Assembly (NCBI GenBank): GCA_002774685.1
Contig: PEXN01000068.1
Location: 1 to 32,353, forward strand
DNA: 32,353 bases
Reading direction: 5' to 3'
DNA from: Elusimicrobia bacterium CG08_land_8_20_14_0_20_51_18
GTDB lineage: Bacteria; Elusimicrobiota; Elusimicrobia; Elusimicrobiales; UBA9959
Made by a program: the position numbers and the translations under genes. Shown here one piece after another: positions 1-9,092 of this stretch (its first letter is position 1; each line of letters begins with the position of its first letter). The notes under the pieces are model-generated. The model was not told where the DNA came from. It saw only the letters and a list, made by a program, of their open reading frames with translations, and made no database searches.

Positions 1-2
1 TC

Positions 3-500
3 GACCGCAACGGGGACGGAATTTGCGACACCTGGGAAGAAGAGGCCAGGAAGGCCGCTGAAGAGGCTAAAAAAAAGCCGGTCGCTCCGGATGGTTTAAG
101 GAGTGGGACGATCGCGCCGTCCCTTGCCTCCGCCCCGGACAAAGGGGAAATAAAATCTCCCGCCCCTAAGATCCCTGAAAGTTTTTACGAAAAGCTCCGG
201 AAATTTTCGCTTATCCCGCTGCTTTCCGCGGTTTTGCTGCTCGTCGTCCTTTCCGAGATCCTTAAGGCCAAAATTCCGAAATACCTCCTTTTTCACAGGG
301 ATATCTGGAACTGGCTTCTTTTCCTGTCCTTTTTCTCCTGCGCGCTGGGCGGCATTTTCCTTTATTTCGGATTTTTCCCGGAATATAAAAATTTTCTCTT
401 CAGGTTGCATCTCTGGGGCGGTTTCATCTCCTTCATCGCGGGTTCGTATCATTTTCTCGAAAGATACAGGTGCATGACTCCTTTCAAAAAATGCCTTTAA
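3..500 (+). CDS. 3' end of a gene entering from upstream (partial): Asp/Gly-rich Ca-binding-like motif followed by hydrophobic C-terminal membrane segments
   Basis: Frame 3 is open from the window edge (DRNGDGICDTWEEEARKAAEEAKKKP...) and runs into the 234-500 track ORF with no stop. DxDGDGxxD resembles a thrombospondin-type-3/Ca-binding motif. The C-terminus (LLLVVLSEIL..., WLLFLSFFSCALGGIFLYFGFF, WGGFISFIAG) looks like 2-3 TM helices. Confidence 0.45.
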   Translation, partial: DRNGDGICDTWEEEARKAAEEAKKKPVAPDGLRSGTIAPSLASAPDKGEIKSPAPKIPESFYEKLRKFSLIPLLSAVLLLVVLSEILKAKIPKYLLFHRDIWNWLLFLSFFSCALGGIFLYFGFFPEYKNFLFRLHLWGGFISFIAGSYHFLERYRCMTPFKKCL

Positions 501-1279
501 ATTACGACAGGAAATATTTTTTGACCGAATGCGAAGGTTTTAACACCTTCCTTTCCTCCAAGGGATTGAAGCTTTCTCCAAGACTGCGCAGGATACATAA
601 GGAAGTTTTCGGATTCAGGCCGGGAAAGGTACTGGATTTCGGCTGCGGCAGGGGGGAACTGGCCCTGAATTTCGCGCTCGGCGGCGCCGAAACGTATGGC
701 GTGGACGTTTCGGCCGCCGCTCTGGAGCTTTCTAACGAAATAAAGGCGCATTGGCTGAAAAATTCTCCGCAGATGCGGCTGGAGTTTCTGAAACTGGAGG
801 AAGAGAGGCTTCCCTTTGAAAGCGGTATTTTCGACGTCGTGATATTTTCGGACATAGCTGAGCATCTGGAGACCGGGGAGCTGGCGAACTGGCTCGCCGA
901 GGCTTTCAGGGTTCTCAAAACTGGCGGCCATATCGCCGTCCATACCTCGCCGAACAGGATCTTTCTCAACTGGGGCCTGCGCCTTTACTGGTTCGTGGGT
1001 TTTTTTAACGGGGTGAGGCTGGGGTGGAACATGAAGGCGGCGCTGCCCGAGGGGCTCAGGGACGGCTTTCACGTGAACGAGCAGACCGCTTCTTCGCTGG
1101 AAAAAGCCCTGAAAAAGAGCGGTTTCTCCGGAATAAAGACGGGGTTCTGGAAAAATCCCCACTACGTCTATTACTTCCTGAAGGACGACAGATTCATAAT
1201 GATACTGAATAGGCTCTACCGTTTTTTGCCTTTTAAACAGCTTTTTTTCGCCGACCTTTTCGTAACCGCAAAAAAATAA
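470..1279 (+). CDS. Class I SAM-dependent methyltransferase
   Basis: Motif I is VLDFGCGRGELA, followed by an acidic-loop YGVD and post-I DVVIFSDIAEHL and LKTGGHIAV. The start is uncertain: GTG at 470 or ATG at 491 (MPLNYDRKY), and neither has a clear SD. Confidence 0.8.
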   Translation: MHDSFQKMPLNYDRKYFLTECEGFNTFLSSKGLKLSPRLRRIHKEVFGFRPGKVLDFGCGRGELALNFALGGAETYGVDVSAAALELSNEIKAHWLKNSPQMRLEFLKLEEERLPFESGIFDVVIFSDIAEHLETGELANWLAEAFRVLKTGGHIAVHTSPNRIFLNWGLRLYWFVGFFNGVRLGWNMKAALPEGLRDGFHVNEQTASSLEKALKKSGFSGIKTGFWKNPHYVYYFLKDDRFIMILNRLYRFLPFKQLFFADLFVTAKK

Positions 1280-1317
1280 TTCTCAATACCGGAAAAATTA
1301 GATAAAATAAAGGCTTA

Positions 1318-2358
1318 ATGGAAAAAGAACTGCTTATCTATTTTATGTCCGGTACGGGAAATTCCTACCGAGCCGCCTCCTGGTCGGCCGAAACGGCCAA
1401 AACTAAAAACTTCGCGGTTAAGCTACTCCCTCTCGGCAGGGCCCTTCCCGGAAAGGAGCTTTCGCCGGGGGAGAACTCCTGGCTCGGCGTTTTTTATCCG
1501 ACTCACGCCTTTACCGCTCCCTGGCCGGTCATAAAACTGGCCTTAAGGCTTCCGCGCGGCAAGGGGACGAAAGTCCTTATAAGCGCCTGCCGCGCCGGCT
1601 GGATGGCGGGTTCCTGGCATTTACCGGGCATCGAAGGAACGGGTACTGTTTTGATCTCTTTGATACTGCTGCTCAAAGGGTATGACGTCAGGGGTTTTCA
1701 GGGACTGGATATGCCGAGCAATTGGCAGGCCGTGCACTGGGGCCTGCGGGCGGACAACGCGAAATGGTTCATAGCCAGGGCTAAAGTAAAGACGGAGGAT
1801 TTCGCCGGCCGGATCTTTTCGGGGGAAAGGATTTACAGAGGCTGGTTCTTTATTTTCGCCGGTTTTATGCTTTCTTACGTGAGCCTTATGTATCTGGTTC
1901 TCGGCAGATTTTTTCTGGCCAAGATAATGTTCGCGGACTTTAACTGCGATTCCTGCGGGATATGCTGGAAGAACTGCCCTTTCGGGGCGCTGAAACCGGT
2001 TCTAGGCAGGCCTTACTGGACCCTGAAATGCGAAAGCTGCCAGCGCTGCATCGCCTACTGCCCCCAAGGAGCCATACAGACGGGGTTCCTGTACCTCGCG
2101 GGTTTTTACTGGGTTTTTCTCGGAGTTTTCGGCTTTTTACCCGTTATGATTTTCGAGCGTTCTTTCGGTCTGGGGTCCTGGCTGGGTTTTAATCTTTTTT
2201 ATATCTTCTATTCTCTGGTCTGGATCTGGTTCGGCTACCTGTTTTTGTTCTTCGGGGCCAAAATAAGGCCTTTGAATTCCCTTCTGACCTGGACCACGCC
2301 CACTAAATTTTTCCGCCGCTACCGCGAGCCTTCCACTTCTCTTAAAGACCTGTCCTGA
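1318..2358 (+). CDS. EFR1-type flavodoxin-like / 2x[4Fe-4S] ferredoxin-domain membrane protein
   Basis: The N-terminus LIYFMSGTGNSYRAA is a flavodoxin-like phosphate-binding loop. Two Cys clusters follow: CDSCGICWKNCP and CESCQRCIAYCP. The C-terminal third is strongly hydrophobic, suggesting several TM helices. Confidence 0.65.
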   Translation: MEKELLIYFMSGTGNSYRAASWSAETAKTKNFAVKLLPLGRALPGKELSPGENSWLGVFYPTHAFTAPWPVIKLALRLPRGKGTKVLISACRAGWMAGSWHLPGIEGTGTVLISLILLLKGYDVRGFQGLDMPSNWQAVHWGLRADNAKWFIARAKVKTEDFAGRIFSGERIYRGWFFIFAGFMLSYVSLMYLVLGRFFLAKIMFADFNCDSCGICWKNCPFGALKPVLGRPYWTLKCESCQRCIAYCPQGAIQTGFLYLAGFYWVFLGVFGFLPVMIFERSFGLGSWLGFNLFYIFYSLVWIWFGYLFLFFGAKIRPLNSLLTWTTPTKFFRRYREPSTSLKDLS

Positions 2359-2359
2359 G

Positions 2360-2399
2360 ATAACCACAAAAATAGACGGTCGTCCAAAAACGTGGTTAT
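2360..2399. terminator. 8-bp inverted repeat (ATAACCAC/GTGGTTAT) closing the 43-nt spacer between convergent stop codons; inner GACG-gt-CGTC hairpin flanked by A-runs
   Basis: 2360-2367 pairs perfectly with 2392-2399. The stops lie at 2356-2358 (+) and 2402-2404 (-). The inner hairpin followed by a T-run on the minus strand fits a terminator for the radical SAM gene. Confidence 0.4.
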
Positions 2400-2401
2400 A
2401 A

Positions 2402-3424
2402 TTAAATTATTTTTTCAACGCAGCATTGGCGGCAGACTGGCAATTTGCCGGAATCAGCCAGGGCCAGTATCATCCCGGTCTTTTTCATGTTTTTGCTGAA
2501 AATCTCCTGAAGGTTTTCTGTTTTGACGTTACCGGCCGTGAAATTCGTCAGCATCGGGCAGAGCAGGACGTTCCCGGAAGGGGTTATCACGAAATCCCGG
2601 CCGATGAATCTGCAGTTTTTGTTTTCCGTTCCGTCTAAAACGCTTTCCGTCTCTATTTTGAGGCCGTTTTTTGAAACCGCTTTTATTTTCCTGAGAGTTT
2701 TTTTCGCCTTTTCCAGTTCTTCAGGCGCCAGGCCCAGGGCGTTCAGGTAGGAGTGGGTCTTTACGGCCTCGAAGCCGAGTATTTTATTGGTTTCGGCCAG
2801 TATTTCCGGAGTCAAGGCGCTGGCCAGCTGAAACCTTATCCTGTTGGCGTTCACGCTTTTGGCCAGCCTGTACGCTTCTTCCAGATATTTATAATTCAGT
2901 TTAGAGACCGTGACATAAACGAAGAGCTTCGGATATTTAAGTTTTTTTTGGGCTTTTATTCCGCGCAGGGTTTTAAGCGCCTCGAAAACCTTCTGGAAGG
3001 CGTCGTTGCTTCCCCTTATGAAATTGTGTATGTTTTTCGGCCCGTCCAGCGAGAATATCATGGTGTTGAAGAGGCCTTTTCCGGTTATTTCCTTTATGGC
3101 TTCCCGCGTCAGGGCGTTCCCGTTGGTCACGGTATTGGGGATTATCCCTTTCGCTTTAGCGTCCAGCGCGAGCTTTAAAATATCTTCGTTCAGGAAAGGC
3201 TCTCCACCTATATATGTAGTTCTTTTTACGCCGAAGGCGGCCAGTTTTTCGTGCAATACCTCCAGTTCCTCCGTCTTTAAAGCTCCTTTCCCCTCGCCTC
3301 TAAGTTTTCTATAATCTTCTTTCCAGAGCGAGCAGCTCTGGCACTTTAGATTGCATTTATAGTCTGTTTCGATGATGCAGCGCGCGGGCTTCTTAAATGG
3401 CTCCATATAATAAGAGAATAACAT
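2402..3424 (-). CDS. Radical SAM enzyme with C-terminal SPASM/twitch-type auxiliary cluster domain
   Basis: CNLKCQSC is the CxxxCxxC radical SAM motif, and GGEPFL is a SAM-binding motif. The C-terminus CRFIGRDFVITPSGNVLLC fits Cx(n)Gx4C, followed by PVCRQCC. The start is ATG 3424 or ATG 3406 (MEPFKKP). Confidence 0.85.
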   Translation of the reverse strand: MLFSYYMEPFKKPARCIIETDYKCNLKCQSCSLWKEDYRKLRGEGKGALKTEELEVLHEKLAAFGVKRTTYIGGEPFLNEDILKLALDAKAKGIIPNTVTNGNALTREAIKEITGKGLFNTMIFSLDGPKNIHNFIRGSNDAFQKVFEALKTLRGIKAQKKLKYPKLFVYVTVSKLNYKYLEEAYRLAKSVNANRIRFQLASALTPEILAETNKILGFEAVKTHSYLNALGLAPEELEKAKKTLRKIKAVSKNGLKIETESVLDGTENKNCRFIGRDFVITPSGNVLLCPMLTNFTAGNVKTENLQEIFSKNMKKTGMILALADSGKLPVCRQCCVEKII

Positions 3425-4470
3425 ATTTCGGAATAGTGAAGAGTATTTCCAGCTGGTCGAAAGTGGCCAGGGAAATGATTAAAGCGCTGTCCAAACTCGG
3501 CGTCGAAACCAATATCTACGAGAGAAAAGGCTTTCTTTACGAAGAGGCTTTCGATCTGGGCGAATTATCCGGGAAAATTAACAATGAATTTTCCGGCGAC
3601 CTGGTTTTCACCTTCGAACATCCGAAAAATTACCCCCGCCTCCCCGCCGGGAAGCGGAAAATGGGTTTTCTGGTCTACGAGTTCACTTCTCTGCCCGGGG
3701 AGTGGGTGGAAAACGTGAACGAATACCTGGACCTGGTTTTTGTGCCTTCCCGGTTTACGGCCGAAGTGTTCCTGAATTCCGGCGTGGAAAAAGGGAAACT
3801 CAGGATTTTAAGATACGGGATCAACCCGGAATATTACCGGCCTTCTTTCGTGAAAAACGAAAAACTGACTTTCCTTTGCGTGGGTTCGCCCCAGAAAAGG
3901 GAGGCGGCGGACCTGGCGCTGGAAAGCTTTGCCAGGGCTTTTCCGGATAAAGCGGATGTGAAACTGATTCTCAAGCTTTCTTACAATACCGCCGGGCCGA
4001 AAAGCTTCGAAATAAGCGGTTTCGCCGGTATGCTGGAAAAATATTCCCGCAAGCTGGGCGACAGGCTGGAGATCGTGAAAAAAAGACTTTCGGAGAAGGA
4101 AATGGGGGAGCTTTACGGGAAAAGCGACGTTTATTTTTCTCTTTCCAGGGCGGAATCTTTCGGGCTCCCTTTTCTCGAGGCCCTCGCCTGCGGCAAACCG
4201 TCGGTTTGTCTCGATTACTCGGGCCAGCGGGATTTTCTGGACGGGGAGAACGCTTATTTCGCGCCTTACGGGATGGCGGAAACTTCCGGCGAAGAATACG
4301 AGAGAACGGCCCGAAAACAATATATCGCCCGCCCTGACACGGCCGGCGCCGCGGAAATACTGAAAAAAGTTCACGCCGAAAGGGGAAACCTAAAAAGACC
4401 GGTTCTTAAAGAAGGATTGGAACATTATTACTGGGAAAATATCGCAAGGGAATTCCTCCAAATGATATAA
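3397..4470 (+). CDS. Glycosyltransferase, GT-B fold, family 4-like
   Basis: ESFGLPFLEALACGKP contains the E-x7-E motif typical of GT4 enzymes, and the length is about 357 aa. The start is uncertain: ATG 3397 overlaps the divergent radical SAM start, and the alternative is GTG 3436. Confidence 0.8.
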   Translation: MAPYNKRITYFGIVKSISSWSKVAREMIKALSKLGVETNIYERKGFLYEEAFDLGELSGKINNEFSGDLVFTFEHPKNYPRLPAGKRKMGFLVYEFTSLPGEWVENVNEYLDLVFVPSRFTAEVFLNSGVEKGKLRILRYGINPEYYRPSFVKNEKLTFLCVGSPQKREAADLALESFARAFPDKADVKLILKLSYNTAGPKSFEISGFAGMLEKYSRKLGDRLEIVKKRLSEKEMGELYGKSDVYFSLSRAESFGLPFLEALACGKPSVCLDYSGQRDFLDGENAYFAPYGMAETSGEEYERTARKQYIARPDTAGAAEILKKVHAERGNLKRPVLKEGLEHYYWENIAREFLQMI

Positions 4471-4484
4471 AGAGGAAGCGCAAA

Positions 4485-4516
4485 TAAAAAAGCCCCGATT
4501 GCCCGGGGCTTTTTTT
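4485..4516. terminator. Bidirectional rho-independent terminator
   Basis: The sequence is AAAAAA-GCCCCG-attgcc-CGGGGC-TTTTTTT, lying between the convergent GT4 gene (stop 4470) and FadL gene (stop 4534). Confidence 0.8.
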
Positions 4517-4533
4517 ATTTAACGCTTTGATCC

Positions 4534-5694
4534 TTAGAACTTATAGCTCACGCTGAAGGCCGGCAGATGCGCCGCGGCGGTGTAAGTGCCGTTAAGAACG
4601 TTGCCGTAGGAATCGTCCTGGACGCTGCTGTCGATTTCCCTTTTCATGAAATGCAGATAGGTATATGAAAAGTCGAATACCCAACTGCCTTTGGCGTATC
4701 CGGTGCCTATCGAAAAAGCCAGTCTGTCGGAATCGGGAACCCTGTTCTCAAAATATTTTTCTTCAACCGGGTTTTTGTCGTAGAATATGCCGCCCCTGAG
4801 CTTGAGGTTGTCGGAATATTTATATTCCGTACCCAGCCTGTAAGCCCAGACGCTTTTCCAGTTCTTTTTGTTATAGGTAGTGCTTGTGGCGGTTTTTATG
4901 GCCAGCGTGCGATAAGTGGTCCAGTTGGTATAATCCATGGTGAAGGAATAAAGCCATTTATCGTTATGCTTGTAAGCCGCGCCCAACTGGAAGGTGTCGG
5001 GAAGCGTCAGTGTGGTCGAAGCGGCTTTCCTGGTTATTAAAAGGAGTTCTCCGTCCATGTCTATTTTAACCTGGCTTCTGTAATTGGCGCCGAGATTCCA
5101 TTTTTCGCTGAGTTTGTAGAAAGCGGCGAGATTGTAGCCGTAACCGGCGCCGTCCCCTGTCATTTCAACCGCCATGCCGGGATAGCTGTTTAACGTGGCT
5201 TCCACGGACATATAATCTATGCCGGCTCCTAAAGACAGTTTTTCGCTGGCTTTATAAGCGGCGTTGAGGTTATAGTTAAAGGCCTTTATATCCGAAAGAG
5301 TGGCCACCGCATCGGCTTGGGCGTTAACGCCCCAGTTGGTTTGGAGGCCGAAGGGGGCGTTTACTCCGAAACCGAAGGCAAACTTGTCGCTGTATTTATG
5401 AGTAGCATAAAACTGGGGTGGAGTGTGCAGTCTTTTGGCTATGGTGTCGTCTCCGCCGGTATATTCGTGTTTCATAAGCGGGTATATCATAACGGTGCCG
5501 AGAGAGAACTGGGTTTTCTCGAGCTCCGTCATAGCGGCCGGGTTATACCATACGGCGGAAGCGTCGTCGGCCACGGCTACGAAGGAATTCCCCATGCCGT
5601 TGGCTTTGGCGCTCTGTTCCGATAATCTGAAGCCGGCGCCGTAGGAATTCGCGGTCAGAAGCGTCAGCATTAATGCCTTTAACAATGTTTTCAT
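4534..5694 (-). CDS. Outer-membrane transport protein, FadL/OmpP1/TodX family
   Basis: The signal peptide is MKTLLKALMLTLLTANSYG. The N-terminal GAGFRLSEQSAKANGMGNSFVAVADDASAVWYNPAAM is characteristic of the FadL family. The rest has alternating beta-strand character with a C-terminal aromatic residue (YKF). The SD AAGGAG lies 7 nt upstream. Confidence 0.8.
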   Translation of the reverse strand: MKTLLKALMLTLLTANSYGAGFRLSEQSAKANGMGNSFVAVADDASAVWYNPAAMTELEKTQFSLGTVMIYPLMKHEYTGGDDTIAKRLHTPPQFYATHKYSDKFAFGFGVNAPFGLQTNWGVNAQADAVATLSDIKAFNYNLNAAYKASEKLSLGAGIDYMSVEATLNSYPGMAVEMTGDGAGYGYNLAAFYKLSEKWNLGANYRSQVKIDMDGELLLITRKAASTTLTLPDTFQLGAAYKHNDKWLYSFTMDYTNWTTYRTLAIKTATSTTYNKKNWKSVWAYRLGTEYKYSDNLKLRGGIFYDKNPVEEKYFENRVPDSDRLAFSIGTGYAKGSWVFDFSYTYLHFMKREIDSSVQDDSYGNVLNGTYTAAAHLPAFSVSYKF

Positions 5695-5741
5695 CGTTTG
5701 TCTCCTTGAGGGCTGCCCCGGTCCTGACGCGCGCCCCGCAT

Positions 5742-6590
5742 TTAGTCCGAAATTTTCCAGAGCTTCAGCATTTTGTCGTTCCCGGCGGAAACGAGGAAAT
5801 CCTTGTATACGGCTATACAGTAAATTTCATCCGAATGGGCCTCTATTTCCGCTTCCGGTTCGAAGTCCTTGCTCAAGACCTTTATATACTCGCCTTCGGC
5901 CATCACCGCGCGGTCCTTGTAGAAATTTATGTGATTTACCCAGGTGGAGTTCTTCATCTTTTTTACCAGGTCCAGGTTCGCGGCGTCCCAGATCTCCAGC
6001 GTTTTTTCCATCGAGGTGGAAACGAAAATAAATTTCAGGTCCGCGGAAAAGTCCAGGAAGTTCACGCCGTAAATGTAATCGGCGCAGCTTTTGACCAGTT
6101 TCATATCCCTGTCGTAGATGCGGAGTTCGGAACCGCCGACCGCTATCCTGTCCTTTGAGGCGGCGAGCGCCTTTATGTCGCCTATCCCGGGAGAGACCGT
6201 TCTCTTCGAAACGGAGTCTTTCAAATTCCAGAGCTTCAGGGTCTGGTCGTCGCTGGCGCTTATGAAATTTTCTCCGTCCAGAAAAGCCAGCGCGTTCACC
6301 CTGGATTTATGTTCCGCGAACACGCGTGCCGGGGAAAAATCCGGGTTGTTCCAGGTCTTGACGCTCCCGTCGTTGCCGCAGGAGAGAAGGGATCTTTTGT
6401 CCGGGGAAAAAAGCACGCGCGCTACGTCGCCCTTGTGGGCTTCTATGGTCTTAAGATTTTCTAATTCCGGGAGCTTCCAGGTCTTTATGGCATTGTCTTC
6501 CCCGGCGGAGACCAGCGTGTCTTCAAAAACATCCAGGCAGAGTATGCCATCTTTATGTCCCTGCAGTTCCTTCACGAGTTCCAGTTTCAT
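5742..6590 (-). CDS. WD40-repeat protein (about 7 repeats, no other domain)
   Basis: GH...(S/C)(A/G)(G/S)xDxxIK(L/T)W(K/N) units recur: GHKDGILCLD..SAGEDNAIKTWKL, AHKGDVARV..SCGNDGSVKTWN, EHKSRVNAL..SASDDQTLKLWNL and AHSDEIYCI..SAGNDKMLKLWKI. Confidence 0.75.
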   Translation of the reverse strand: MKLELVKELQGHKDGILCLDVFEDTLVSAGEDNAIKTWKLPELENLKTIEAHKGDVARVLFSPDKRSLLSCGNDGSVKTWNNPDFSPARVFAEHKSRVNALAFLDGENFISASDDQTLKLWNLKDSVSKRTVSPGIGDIKALAASKDRIAVGGSELRIYDRDMKLVKSCADYIYGVNFLDFSADLKFIFVSTSMEKTLEIWDAANLDLVKKMKNSTWVNHINFYKDRAVMAEGEYIKVLSKDFEPEAEIEAHSDEIYCIAVYKDFLVSAGNDKMLKLWKISD

Positions 6591-6686
6591 TATTTCCCCG
6601 CTTTTCCCCTGTCAAAAGGCCCGTTTCCAAAACATTTCTATAAATTATATAATTTTTGACTGCCTGCTTGTAAAGGAAATTGTCCT

Positions 6687-7910
6687 ATGCTTCACAGGGT
6701 AAAAAACAGCGTTAAAAGTTCCATAAAGGACGGGGTTTGTTGGGCGGCCATGTTCGGCTTCGTGGAACCTTACATAGTGCCTTTCGCTCTCGGCTTGGGC
6801 GCCTCCAATCTGGTGATAGGGATAGTGCGCTCACTACCGGTGTTGATGGCGTCTTTCGCCCAGGTCTTCGCCGAATTTTTCGTCTATTACTTCAAAAGCT
6901 GCAAAAAAGTCGTTTTCTGGACGGTTTTCGCCCAAGCCCTCAGCCTTTTTTTTGCCTCGCTCTGCGTTTTCGCGCCGGCCGGCCCGGCGATATATCTTTT
7001 CATATTTTTCATGGTTTTTTACTCGATAGGCGGAGGCATCGCCACGGCGCCCTGGCTTACTCTTGTGGGTGAATATCTGCCCGCGGATAAGAGGGGAGAG
7101 TTCTTCGGTTTCCGGAACAGGCTTATAGCCGTGTCCTATTTTTCGGCCAGTTTCCTGGCTTCCCTCCTGCTTAACGTTTACGGCAAACACCTCGTCAGCT
7201 TTTTTGTGCTTTTTTTTACGGCGTCCCTTTTCCGTTTTTGTTCCGTACATTATATCTCCCTGATGTACGAGTCCCCCAACCGGTTCCATATCCCCAGGAC
7301 TTTTTCGGGTCTTATTTTCCCGGTAAGGGGGGATGAAGGCCACCCGGGAGTGCATAAAATCTTCATCTCGCTCTTTATCCTTCTTTTCTCCACCTACATA
7401 GCCGCGCCCTATTTCAGCGTTTACGTGCTCAAGGACCTGGGTTTCGATTATGTCAGGTATATGATAGTTATGAGCATAGGACAGTTCCTGACCTGGATGC
7501 TGATGAAATACTGGGGTATTCTTCTCGATAGGAAAGGCTGTATCTCGGTCCTTAAATACGCTTTCTGGTTCATCCCTGTGGTTTCGCTGCTTTGGCTTTG
7601 TAGCGGGAATTTTTACTATCTCACCGCCGTGGAGATCTTTTCCGGCGTGGCCTGGAGCGCTTTCGGCCTGGGGGTTACCAATTTGGTCTACGAGTACCTG
7701 GAACCCCCGCTCAGGACCAGATATAATTCCCATCTCATTTTCCTCATGTCCCTGGCCCAGTTCGGGGGTTCCCTGCTGGGCGGTTTCCTTTACGACCATT
7801 TTTCAGGCGTTTACGACCATCCTTTTTTCATAGTTCTCGGCCTTTCCACGGCCGGCCGCTTCGCCGCGCTTCTGCACTTCTATTCCGTGAAAAAACATCT
7901 AGTAAGGTAG
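6687..7910 (+). CDS. MFS-type transporter
   Basis: The protein is 407 aa with about 12 hydrophobic segments in a 6+6 layout. A loop PADKRGEFFGFRN resembles MFS motif A. An SD-like AAGGAAA lies upstream. Confidence 0.7.
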   Translation: MLHRVKNSVKSSIKDGVCWAAMFGFVEPYIVPFALGLGASNLVIGIVRSLPVLMASFAQVFAEFFVYYFKSCKKVVFWTVFAQALSLFFASLCVFAPAGPAIYLFIFFMVFYSIGGGIATAPWLTLVGEYLPADKRGEFFGFRNRLIAVSYFSASFLASLLLNVYGKHLVSFFVLFFTASLFRFCSVHYISLMYESPNRFHIPRTFSGLIFPVRGDEGHPGVHKIFISLFILLFSTYIAAPYFSVYVLKDLGFDYVRYMIVMSIGQFLTWMLMKYWGILLDRKGCISVLKYAFWFIPVVSLLWLCSGNFYYLTAVEIFSGVAWSAFGLGVTNLVYEYLEPPLRTRYNSHLIFLMSLAQFGGSLLGGFLYDHFSGVYDHPFFIVLGLSTAGRFAALLHFYSVKKHLVR

Positions 7911-8040
7911 AGGATTCGGGTATGGGCCTTTGGGCCTATAAAAGGCGGGGCCCAAAAAGCGCTTTTTGGAAGCATTAAGGACTTGATATCCTGGGCGGGG
8001 GGAGCTATAACATATCCGTGATGAATTTTACGGAGGTCAA

Positions 8041-8950
8041 TATGAAGAAGATAATTATGATTTCGGCGGCCATCGCGGCCCTTTGCGGCTTTTCCTACGC
8101 AAACTCTTTCGAGGAAGACATAAATTCCGCCAACGGGTCGCAGGAAGTCGTCGTACCCCAGCCCCGGATGGAGAACGCCTCCGAAGCTTCCGAAAAAGAC
8201 CTGGCCGCCTTTTACGAATATTTCGATAACATGATGAAAACCCGGGAAGTGTCCGGCGAAGCCGATTTCGATTTCGACAAATCGGGGGAAATGACCAAGG
8301 CTTCCGTCCTTTACAACATAGACCTCGAGGCGATACGCAACGAGTACCTTAAAAGCCCCATAACGTTCAAGACCTCCAAAGGTACCGTGGTTTACGTCAG
8401 CGGTTCCAAATCCTCCAACTGCCCGGACCTTTCCAACAGTTGCAAGGATAAGGAAAAATTCTTCATGGTCCTTACCACTTCCGGCGGCCAGACTTTTTTC
8501 ATAAGGGCCATGGAAATAATAAACTGGTCCATTTTTATGAACGGCTCGAAGACCGTGGTCATAGACGGCGAGAAATACGTCGCTAAAGTGCATGCCAACG
8601 CTTCCGATCCCGAAAAGAGCAAACTGGAGATAAAAGGCCCCCGCGGCGCGGTCATAAGCTCCTCGCTCGACAAGCTGGGAGAGGCGCTTGCGGCAAAAGG
8701 CGTGGACGTGAAGCTTTCCAAAGCCTATAAGCTGGCTTACGGCAACGAAATTATGCAGACCGGCAAGGGAAACGCCAAATTCACGGAAAGCAAGCTGCTA
8801 TTGCTCATCCCTTTTCCGGTGGTGGACTCCTCCAGCTATTTCCTCATAAAGGCCGATGATATAAAGCCCGCCGGCACGGCTTTCCCTTCTATGGAACCCG
8901 GTTACAGCTTCAAGCTCGACGAAGGGAAACTCCAGATCTCCAAGCTTTGA
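8041..8950 (+). CDS. Secreted hypothetical protein
   Basis: ATG 8041 is preceded by a GGAGG SD (8032-8036). The signal peptide is MKKIIMISAAIAALCGFSYA. I recognise no domain. The upstream extension to 8018 was rejected in favour of the SD-supported ATG. Confidence 0.6.
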
Positions 8951-8962
8951 TTTCGGGCTGAG

Positions 8963-9000
8963 AAAAAAGACCCCGCCGTTGCGCAACGACGGGGTCTTTT
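8963..9000 (+). terminator. Rho-independent terminator
   Basis: GACCCCGCCGTT-gcgc-AACGACGGGGTC is a 12-bp stem with one mismatch, followed by TTTT and preceded by an A-run. Confidence 0.8.
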
Positions 9001-9092
9001 AATTTCTCCCTTTTTTCGTTTTTTTGAGTGATGAAGATTTTCTAAAATTATATAATTACTATGGAAGGGAAGAATACCGGGAGGAGTTTTTG

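Noticed and set aside
497-1162. 221-aa and 155-aa minus-strand ORFs inside the methyltransferase gene. Similar antisense ORFs occur at 6834-7799, 9048-9677, 9781-10530, 16157-16723, 17603-18202, 27568-28434, 28486-29079 and 30099-30677.
   Set aside because: Each overlaps a gene with recognisable conserved motifs on the opposite strand. The translations are Arg/Gly/Pro-rich with no motifs.
9024-9056. Possible sigma-70 promoter for cysE (TTGAGT ... TATAAT)
   Set aside because: The spacing to TATAAT (9051-9056) is about 21 nt, which is too long. Only a weaker TTATAT hexamer gives 18 nt. This is not strong enough to call.
9024-9092. N-terminal extension of cysE from the TTG at 9024
   Set aside because: The extension has no similarity to CysE N-termini. 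ATG 9093 has a strong GGGAGGAG SD and gives the usual start just before the DPAARS motif.
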